DNA of 64,000 nucleotides from Klebsormidium nitens. Taxonomy: Eukaryota; Plantae; Klebsormidiophyceae. The stretch is taken from NCBI GenBank assembly GCA_000708835.1, contig DF237400.1, positions 1-64,000 of the forward strand. The letters run 5' to 3'. The notes under the pieces are model-generated. The model ran no database searches. It was not told the DNA's origin and was given only the letters and a program-made list of their open reading frames with translations. How positions within the stretch are numbered: position 1 is the first letter of the stretch; every line of letters begins with the position of its first letter. The translations under genes and the position numbers were made by a program. Below, piece after piece: positions 1 through 9,309 of this stretch.

Positions 1-5
1 TATAA

Positions 6-27
6 AATAAATTGATTGATTGATTGA
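6..27 (+). repeat. AATAAA followed by (TTGA)4 microsatellite
   Basis: aataaa at 6-11, then ttga x4 at 12-27. Confidence 0.8.
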
Positions 28-256
28 TCTCGAAAGCCGCCTGCGCGAGCTGACGTCGCGTTCGGATCAATGAAAAGGGGGGGCCGGCCGTCGAACAGCC
101 AAGGTTGCGAGTGAGGGGACCCCTGGCCAAGAATATCGACCTTGCACGCGTGAAGCAGGGAGGGAAGAAGAGAGGGAGGAAGAAAGGAAGCATCTAGAGT
201 CCAATCTGGCAGAAACAAGGGCACAGGTCCAGCTGAGCAAATTAGAGCAGGAATCA

Positions 257-3200
257 ATGGATCGTGGTCGCGCTCGAGCTGTCCCGTCGGCGCCGCCTGC
301 GCAAGCCCTCCCGATTGTTCTGGCATACTTGTCAGGGGACCTCCCATCCCTCCTCGCAGCCGCTTGCGTCAGCCATGATTGGCGAGAAGCTCTCAGTGGC
401 ATGCCAGAAGTCTGGCAAGCAGTGCACTTCCCCAAGCAGATTGCAAGCAAAGTTACAGATCGGGGGCTCCGATGGATTCTGCGCCAGTCCGGAGAAAGGG
501 GGCTCACATCCTTGGACCTTGGGGGGTGCTCCCAGCTGACAGACCAAGTAGTGCCTTATATACTCAACGCGTTGAAAAGAGTGCCGGAGAAAGTGAGTCT
601 CAAGGGCTGTGGCCGCATGACGTGGAGGGGAGCGTGGGGGATATTGCAGTACCTGCAAAACCGGTATGAGCAGGAAGTGGGGCGGGGTGAGGGGCGGGGG
701 GGGGCCAATGAGCTCGAGAGAGGTAAGTTCAGGGATGAACTGAAGGCCGCAAATCCTGGTTTGAGTGGTGTATTCGGGTGAAAGGTTCTTTTGCAAGAGC
801 AGATTGCTTGTGTCGTTTGGGGTTTATGTCATGCTCCCCACCTTCCATGTGCCAACTTCCTTTCCCATGGGGGCAGCAAATCCGGTTGGACCGCCTTTGT
901 CTCCAACTTGTTTTACCATCCAAGAAATGATCCTCCGTTTTCTCCTTCTATGTGCCTTTCAAAAGTGGATAACGCAGAAGTTACAGAAGGTTTGAGTTAC
1001 TGTTGACCAAAAATGGTCAGTAACTGTATGGAGAATGTCGCCACAGCTGGAGGGTCTGTCCGGCAGCTCCTGTTCAGCATGTTCCTTGAGTGGGGTGAAG
1101 ACTGGATTGCTAGAATGGCCATAACATCGATTCTCTGATTGATACGTGTTGCTGGCCCGACACATGAGCCGCAGGTGTCTCTTCTAAAGGGACATCTGCT
1201 TCAACTTCCTCTTCCTTCGGGGGATGTTTATCATGTCGCTGAATCTTTGCAGCAAGTAATTGTCACAAGACTTTGAGGCTTGAACAACATTCAGAAGTCA
1301 AGAGGGAGGTAGAAGGAGGAAAGCAGACGCTGTCGATCATCTGCAAAGCTGGCCTGCGGTTTGCCGGGTTCAAAGTATCACAACGACGCCGGAGCCGGTC
1401 TTGGGGGCCTGGATCTCCATAAACCATTTCTGACAGAAAAAGGTCTGCAGGCAGACGTCGTCTCCAGAGCGTGCGCCTCTCAGGAATAAGCCTGGAGGGG
1501 TGCGACCCCGCAGTTTTGATGCGCCTGACCAGCCTACCTGTGGTGGGGGGCCTGCTCGACTGGATGGCCCTGTGCGACCGGTGTTTATCGTCACATCTGC
1601 TCGAAAAGTGTGAGTGGTGCGGAGTGAGAGGGTGCCGGGAACCCAACCTGGAACTGGACATGGTGAGTGACAAGAACAGCTGTTGTAGGAAGTTGAAGCG
1701 TCTTGAAGGAGTCCGAAGAGTTTTGGGTTCCATTGATTTGACCATGTTGTGTTCTTCCACTTTCGTTCGCTTTCCTCTTCATGATTTCCATTGCAATATT
1801 GTGTAGCTTCGGCATTGGCGATTTGTGATTTCACATGAAGAGGCGGTCGTTTGTGCCCACTGCGCAACTGCAGATTGAGTGCAAGAAGCGCTCTGGTTCA
1901 TGCTCAATAGCACTTTTCTGGTCGAAAAAGTTTCGCTTCATTTCCTGCTACTTCATGAGCATTGCCTGCAAGCATCGAAAATATCATCTCTCAGTTCCTG
2001 GGTTTTCTTATTCCGAACCCAAATGCTCCTCAAATAGACCGAATCCACCCGGATACTATTTCTGGTCATCTGCAAGCGAAGAACACACTTTGCGAACATT
2101 TCAGCATCATCAAACCTTGGACTTATTAAAATGGTTTTACACCGAACCTTGACATGAACGATTGCATTCTGGGCTGTCCAATCCACTGCGCTATCCATTC
2201 CTGTTGACGTTGTGCAATGACAGAGTGTGCCGCTTGTGCAGGTAGAGTGCGTACGCTGCCAGAAATTTGGGTGCGTTGACCACTTTCAGGACCTCAACTT
2301 TGCCCACTGTAATTGCGCCATCTGCGATGAGTGCCTGGACGAGCACCCGGACCGGTGAGCACCTTCCGAACAAGGCTCACACAGATTCACGCTGGAATTG
2401 GTTTCTCGATATGATCCTTGTCGGGCGACTGCTCTACCCTGCGGATGTTGCGGGGCTGCATGTCAATTTTGAGCTTCGGTCAGCGATATCGTGAACGGAT
2501 ATCTAGCTAATGTCGGCGCTCGTGGCATGTTTTGGTTGCATATTCCGTTCTGCTTTCTGTCATCGTACACTACTGTCGTCGCCCACTGTCATGGCTCCTC
2601 CTCACAAGCTTTTCGATTCAAGAAGTTGCAAGCTTGAAGCCTTCCTTGATGGGCCGTCAGTAAGCATTGGTAGGTCCAACATTTTGGTAGGGTCGTTGAA
2701 GTATTCTCTTTGTGATCTGCCTTGCGGAAGCAACACCAATGCATCCCAACCGCTTGAACAACGTAGCAACACTTGCAACATATGGCTCTTACCTGCTGAC
2801 GACATCCGAAGCGTGCCCTTGTAAAATCTTACCCCCTGGAACTATAAAATGCAAAGGTTTAGAATGTCATGAATCTAAACTGGTTTTTGGATCTTTTCTC
2901 CAGGGCCACCCCGTGCTACAAGTGCGACGTCCTTCTTTGCCCCGTGTGCGACGCCGGCGCGCGCAACTACGTACGGGAGTGCACCGGCCCGTGCCTGCCG
3001 CCCAACATCGTGTGCGACTCGTGTCGGCTCGATGAATGCATCTGCACGTGCAATAACGACGATATGACGGTGGAAGAACTGCGGCGGCACGAGTACCCTG
3101 TCTTATGCGAGGAGTGCGTCCGGGTAAGGAGCGGCTCTTGTTGCGTTGTGAATTGTCTGCAGATTTTGATAAAGCGGAGCGCCATGGACTTTATCACTCG

Positions 3201-4582
3201 CTATCCCAGTTCGACCTACCGTTTCCTTTACATGCCCGACTCGCGAGTCCTCCGTCTCTTCGGCTCGAACGTTGGCAACGGTCCTCACGAAGCCGCTGGC
3301 GGCAATCTTGGGTCGGTTGCAGCCTTCTAAATTCTTGTTTTTTGGGTTATATGTATGTCGCATGTCCACAGGGCACCACCGTACAAGGGCGCCATGCAAC
3401 TTGGTTGTTGAGCGGCTCCGTAAGAGTTGGTTGCCTCCTCTTCGCTGTTCCACCGATATCAACCAGAGATTGTGGACCCTATGCGCAGACGCAGGAGCGA
3501 GTCTTCTCTGCCGAGGAGCGCCAGTTTGGCCAGGAGCCCGCAACGCGGTACTGTGGCGCGTGCGGGCTGCTCCGAAAATGCCACCCGGATTTGGGCACGG
3601 ACGACGATTCGGAAGGTGCACACTCAATACTTTTCCTATAAGTGGCCAACTTGATCACGAGTACGGAGGTTTGTGGGTGGCCACGATCTCAAGTACACGG
3701 TATCTGGCCCGGATTGGTGAAAAGGACGCAGGATTGCAACGCCCGCAATATCGGGTCTGCTGGGCAGTGGGTTCCAGTGTTAGGATGATCTTTCAGCAGA
3801 CCTGCTCGTTAGGTTTAGGCGGGCCAAGTTTGCTGGTCCTCTTCAAAGGCGTACTTGTGCAGCTGTCTGGTGTTGGAATACCACTTAAGTACCATTCCCC
3901 TCAAACTTCCTTAACAGTTTCGTATCAGTTCGTTGTGTGGTGCTTGATTTTCAGGCACCCTGCCAAAGACTTCCTTTGTGTGCTGGCAATGTGGATTCGC
4001 TTCGGACCTTATCTGGCAGGCCGGCGTCTTCAAAAAATTTGGGCGTTGATTTGCAACAGACACCTCTTTTCATGTTTCTCTTCTTTGGTTATCTGCCCCC
4101 CTTGGGCGCTGTCATATAATCCTTTCATCCTTTCTTCTTTCTTTTGCGGCGTCGCATTCTCATACAGTAGGGTACGTTTGTTGCACCCTTTCGGTATACG
4201 CCTTTTGCATGCCGCTTCCGTTTCAATCAAACGGTCCTTCCTCTTGTTGTTTGCAGACAACTTTTCCGACGATCCACCTGACTCTCACGACACGGAGGCT
4301 TTGGGAGATTCCGACGACTATGATAGCTGGTTTGACGAACTGAAGCCGCGGAAAAAGCGCGGGGAAGAATGCAGTTCGGATGAAGAAACCGACAGTGAAG
4401 GGGCCGTTGACGGCGCGCAAGGGGCGGGTGAGAACGGAGAGGAGGGCGATGAGGATGTAAGTTATGACGATGAAGAGGACGCGGGCGACGATGATGAAGA
4501 CGAGGATGACGTGGACGATGACGATAACGAAGATGATGATGACGATGATGACGAGGACGATGATGACGAGGGAGACTGGTGA
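257..4582 (+). CDS. F-box/LRR-like protein with multiple CxxC zinc-binding motifs and an acidic C-terminal tail (spliced)
   Basis: N-terminal F-box-like LPIVLAYL..LLAAACVSHDWREA followed by LRR-like LTSLDLGGCSQLTD. Phase-consistent GT-AG model: 257-722, 1451-1662, 2242-2354, 2904-3311, 3467-3615, 4257-4582. Later exons carry CDRC, CEWC, CVRC, CNCAICDEC, CYKC, CPVC, CDSC, CEEC, CGAC. The 3311/3467 junction is the least certain. Confidence 0.7.
4448..4570 (+). repeat. GAT/GAC/GAG trinucleotide low-complexity tract encoding a poly-Asp/Glu tail
   Basis: gacgatgatgaagacgaggatgac... translates as DDEEDAGDDDEDEDDVDDDDNEDDDDDDDEDDDDE. Confidence 0.95.
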
Positions 4583-5297
4583 CTTGACGTATGGGTTTGG
4601 AAGGAAAGCACTGTAGATAGAGTAGCGACTTTACTACACAGATGATCGCTTCCCGTACCTGATTAACCTCTGCATTGATTTTTTTAGTGTGATTTAGCTG
4701 TAGATTTGAGGGTCTTGGAACAGCAGGTGCTACATTCAGTATAGGGCAGCTACGTGTGCGGTTATTTTGAGCTGTATGCACATCATGCCAGCCATGGCGG
4801 CATGTATACAATACTATGCTTATTCAGATGTAGCGTGGACCATCCAACGACTAATGTGCAGCTGAGCACGATTGAGTTGATGCGCAAACATATCAATTCT
4901 TCAAATAGACGAGATAAGAAAGCAATGTGACATATTACGAAGTACGGGTTTTGTGACATGGTTCTGGGATCCAGAATCTATACATGATCACGCGTGCATG
5001 ATCCACGGCCTCGCGATTTGACGACCTGCATGATCTCCGAAACCAAGCGCCTGCATGGCTTGTACCAGAAGCTCTTCACTGGGAAGATTGCATGAGAGCA
5101 CAAGCGTGCTAACCGACATACAAACACTATTTTACAACGTGGATAAACGGAGTTTTGCGATGCTTAAGGAAGCACCTGCTTCTCTTTCGCAAGCTGGAAA
5201 CTCCTGCGCTGAGACACGTCAAACGGGCTGTCCTAGTACCAAACGGTCCGTTTTAGAGCTAGCACTTATGCAGTAAGAACAGTACCTATTTCTGTAG

Positions 5298-8164
5298 CTA
5301 AGTTGTGGCAGTCGGCGCCTTGTCCATTCCGGCGACATAGTTCAGCAACCCGCGGGCCCTGCCCCCGACCCCCTGTATCTTACTACCTACCCAGCCGGCC
5401 GCATCCGGCTGCCCTTGCGGCGCCTCGTCTCGTTGCGGTGGGGGCGAAGTTGGTCGCTGCGACAGCGGTAGCATGTCAGACGTCCACTTGAGCGGCTTTC
5501 GGGGGATCTCAGCAGCATGGCCGTTGCTTGTACTCGACTGCAAAAAAGGAGGGCGTTTAATGAGATGGTCCTCGACTTATTCCATGAGGAAGCGTTCCTT
5601 TATGGAAATGGAAGACTGTCCAGCGGAGACGAGCTATTTCGTCCATACTGTTAAATTAACGCGGGCCATGCGAAGCTAACGCAAAGTTCTGAGCAAACGG
5701 AGATTTCAGCCGACAGGCCGACCTCTTGCTCATCCGACAAAAGCCCCACAAAGAACGAGCAAGGTAAGTACCGTAGTCCTTTCTCACCTGTGCAGATTGC
5801 GCCTCCACGCCACCTCCCGCTTCCTGATCTCGATCAACGGGCTTCGCTCGAGCGTCTCCACTTTTTGAGTCCTGGCCGGGCTTTCTACTCTCAACTCTGA
5901 TACTGGGTCGCTTGTCCACTTCGTCACTCTCTTCACTCAGCCCCTGGGGCCGTCTGTTCGCAGCGAACTCCTTGCCGCCAGTCTCTGCTGACGTCCCACT
6001 GACGGGCAGCTCATCGTCACTGGCCCCCGCTTCCGTTCGGCTCTCCTCGGCTCTCACCGCTTGCTTCCGCGCCCCCGTTTCCACTCCCCTCCGCTCTCTG
6101 GTGCCCTCTCCTGCGACACCGTTGCTTGACCCGGCAGCCCCCTCCTCTGTCGGCCCCCTTCTATCGCCAGAAACATTGGTGCGCTTTTCCCCATCTTCCC
6201 CAGTCTCGTTACTTTTTGCACCCCCAGCCTCGTGCGTTTCTTTCCACGCCGCATACTTGTTCCCCGCCTCCATCATCTCCGAATTCAATAGGATCAGCTT
6301 CTCGATCACCTGCCCGTGGTTCCCCAAATTCACTCTCAGCACGTGCGCCTCTTGCTCAGCCTCCGTGACCCTCTTTCTTAACCCTTCGAGCTCGCGCTTT
6401 GACTCCTCGCTATCCGCCATCAGCTGTGCTATGACCTGCCCCTGCGACTCCGCCAGCTGCGCGCGCGCGCGCACATCTTCCTCCATGCGCTCTTTTTCCC
6501 CCGCCAGCGCCTCCTTCTCTTTTACCGCTCCCTGTAGCCAGGGTTCGAAAACGATTGTGGAAAGGGAGACTTGCACCATGTTTCGTATCTTAAGACAGCA
6601 ACTCTTGTCTGGCCCCAACTCTCATTGAGCACCCCAAAAACGATTGAAAGGTGAGAACAAAGATTTTTCAGGTTCCGCCAGCTATGATAACGCCTTGCCT
6701 CGAACGCCCCGTTACAACTTTTTCTTACCGGTTCTTACTTGTGCTTAGCAGCCTATCAAAGTTCGACCTTCTAGGATGGAGGAGAAATAAAGAACTAATC
6801 CGAACCGTCGGTGGACACAGAACAGTCTTCCGAGAGAGCCACCGGAGTCTCATCATGACGCACCAATTCGACCGTAACAAGGAAAAATCAAATTGGTGCT
6901 GTGTGCCCCCACCTGTAGCCTCTGCACTAGTTCGCGTGCGTCCGCCTCTCGTTGCCGGACATCTTGCTGCAACACCACTGTTCTCGTCCGGAGCTCCAAG
7001 AGCGTGGCTGCTTCCTGCTCTCGCGCGCTTGCGTGCTCGCTTATTGTGGCCTCTAGCGCCTCGCATGTGTACTTGGCGGCTTGGACGGACTCTTGGAGTG
7101 ACGCCTTGTCAGACTCAAGGCCCTCGGCGGTGGACGCACCCGCCGCCAGGAGGCTGGGAACTGTGTCCTATTGGATTGGAAGACAGTACTGTCTTTGTAA
7201 AGGTTTATGTTGAGGTTTCTCAGCAGAGGGCAGAAGCACTGGCAGATGGCAGATGGCAGAACTAGTAGAGAATACACGCGGTGCTGCGGACCAGAGAAGT
7301 AGATGATAACCAAGCAAGCCAGCCTTAAGGCGTTCCTTCTGTTTTTCACTTTGTTGGTCAGATGTAGGGAATGCATGTTTCCGGTCTGTATGAACTCAAG
7401 TACGCCATGGTGGTGAAGGCAGTCAGAAGGGCAACTGTTCACCTTGTCGGCATTCTGGATGATGCTTCGAGTCAGCTCCTGTACTTCGGCCTGCAGTGTG
7501 CCCGCTCTCCTGAAAGAATGGCCAGAAGTCTTCATCATAGCAGCAACTTGCTGACCTGATCAATGCAGCATGCGTGCCGACACCCCTTCCATATTGAGGA
7601 TGACTTAATGGAAAATCATCCATTGATGGTGCCTTAAAAACTGCAAACGTGATCAGGAATGAGGCTCATTCTGCTTGTCAGAAGGGTAAGCGAAGGGTCA
7701 GAAAACAAGCAAAACCTGCCACTTAATGTGCAAGAAAGCAAACACGCAGACTAACCACTTACTCTGACCATATTGCTCGACTTTCCCCCTGCTTCACTTT
7801 CCCGGCTCCCTTCTTTATTCTGTGCACTAACCGATAGAGATGGAAGTGCTTATTGTGGAGATCAAAGTCTGGATTTCTTTGCGATTCAGGGTCTGCAGAC
7901 TTCGAACCCAGCTCGGCAATCAGCGCCTGTGCTGCTGAGTACCACTCCCGCAGGCGGGCAGCCTCCATTCTTGGGCGCCTGCAAGACCCTTTAGAAGCCT
8001 ACAAGAGTTTGCAGAGCTCCTTGAAGTTATGACGAGTGCCCTGGGTACTACCTAGTAGGCAGAAAGCGCCCCTGAGCCAGACTCACCTGGAAATCCAGCT
8101 TCGACCAAGAGTTCAACTTCAAGTTCAGAAACAAGCCTAAGGCTAAGGCTATTATCCTAGGCAT
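5298..8164 (-). CDS. Coiled-coil protein of unknown function (spliced; 5' end uncertain)
   Basis: Phase-0 exons 7443-7550, 6913-7167, 5788-6531, 5298-5537 encode heptad-rich segments (EKEALAGEKERMEEDVRARAQLAE; EHASAREQEAATLLELRTRTVVLQQ) and end ...GLLNYVAGMDKAPTATT*. Start is either ATG 8164 (exon 8087-8164, MPRIIALALGLF..., joined to an exon ending at 7763) or ATG 7771. Confidence 0.6.
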
Positions 8165-8172
8165 GCAATTGT

Positions 8173-8181
8173 AAACCCTAA
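8173..8181 (+). promoter_or_regulatory. Telo-box AAACCCTAA in the putative promoter of the coiled-coil gene
   Basis: Exact AAACCCTAA 9 nt from the candidate ATG at 8164, next to a GACGTC core and upstream GC-rich boxes; the telo-box is an established plant promoter element. Confidence 0.5.
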
Positions 8182-8237
8182 CCCGACGTCAGGTAAACCA
8201 CATACCAGCGTGCGCATGCGCGCGCAAAAGGTTCGTG

Positions 8238-8276
8238 CTAAAAGTCTCATGAATTCCGTTCTAAAAGTCTCATGAA
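8238..8276. repeat. 16-bp direct repeat CTAAAAGTCTCATGAA x2
   Basis: Exact copies at 8238-8253 and 8261-8276, 7-nt spacer. Confidence 0.95.
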
Positions 8277-8376
8277 CGGCCCCCGCCCGGCCCGGCCGCG
8301 ACCGCGCGGCGGCCGGCCGCCGACCGTGACGCATCAGGCCAGCTGCTAGTTGTGCCAATGATGCTTCTTATCTGTG

Positions 8377-8666
8377 AGAACGGAGGGAAGGAGAACGTGG
8401 ACTGCACAATCTCAGACCCCCACACCGCTTGGTACTCTGTGCGCGAGCACCGGGTCTGGGAACGTCACCGCCGGCGAGGTTTGACATCCCGGATCGCTGG
8501 CGACCCACATAGGGGTCTTTCACTTGAATGTCGGCCGCGAACGTACGGCCGCACTGATGTTCAATCCTTAACGGAGTACGTACCGGCCCGCGCGCGCCTT
8601 GAGTACCAGGCGGTGTGGGGGTCTGGGACTGCAAACTGTAGTCCGCGTTCTCCTTCCACCGGTTCT
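8377..8666 (+). repeat. Imperfect long inverted repeat (foldback); candidate pre-miRNA or MITE
   Basis: Arms 8377-8437 and 8601-8666. Core CAGACCCCCACACCGCTTGGTACTC (8413-8437) matches the reverse complement of 8601-8625 with one mismatch; GGAAGGAGAACGTGGACTGCA pairs with TGTAGTCCGCGTTCTCCTTCC. Confidence 0.85.
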
Positions 8667-9309
8667 GTGAGCACGCGATCTTTGCATCGGGCTTTCCGAT
8701 CGCTCGCTTTAAATCTGCATGCATTCACTTTGGCTAGGATTACACGCGGCCATGCACGCATTGCAGGCAGATAAACAATCTAGACTACGTCTCATGTAAT
8801 GAAAATGATATAATCCATCACGTGTGAAGGGCATAAGTTTGCATCTTGCCGCTGGCAAATCTAACTATTGGTTGGTGGCGGGCCCAACCCTTTGTCTAAC
8901 GGCACGGGGCATATCGAGACAAGCTGGAGTTCGTGAACACTGAGACAGAAGCTCTAAGAGCAGAAAAAAAACCATCCTTTGCTGGTCACAGGGCGCTCCG
9001 AGCTGTGAAGCATCTTCTTTGAGGACCTTTGGTTTGGAGAAACATGCAAACAGCAAGCTTGTTTACTTGTTTCCAGCAATCGACCGATCGAAATCGGACC
9101 GTCCGATCACATCCCAAAGCACCTTAAGAGCCCCTCAAGACTTCTGCTCTGGCCAGTCAGCTGTGTGAGCTGTGTGGAGCGTTTCCACGTCATGCAACAC
9201 CAAACAATGCATCTGCCTACATGCAAGCAAGTACGTTAGTGTACAACTTGACTAAGCAACCTGACTATGCAACAACTGTCCAATGCTGTGGCTAGATTAT
9301 TTGACTCCG

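Noticed and set aside
728-781. HMG-box-like phrase FRDELKAANPGLS in the F-box ORF extension
   Set aside because: It lies after the strong donor AG|GTAAGT at 723, is followed by a stop, and no other HMG-box helices are present; most likely chance.
2191-2373. - strand peptide KVEVLKVVNAPKFLAAY, vaguely PARP-like
   Set aside because: It is the antisense of F-box exon 2242-2354.
3907-3915. U12-type branch site TTCCTTAAC
   Set aside because: No upstream RTATCCTT donor, and flanking exons join by a normal GT-AG intron.
3272-4256. 436-aa ORF 3272-4582
   Set aside because: Only the last ~108 codons are protein-like; the rest crosses introns and runs in a different frame from the Cys-containing exon.
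8865-9056. LFACFSKPKV, resembling an acylation motif
   Set aside because: No ATG-Gly start or supporting upstream exon; it falls in the BBX 3' region.
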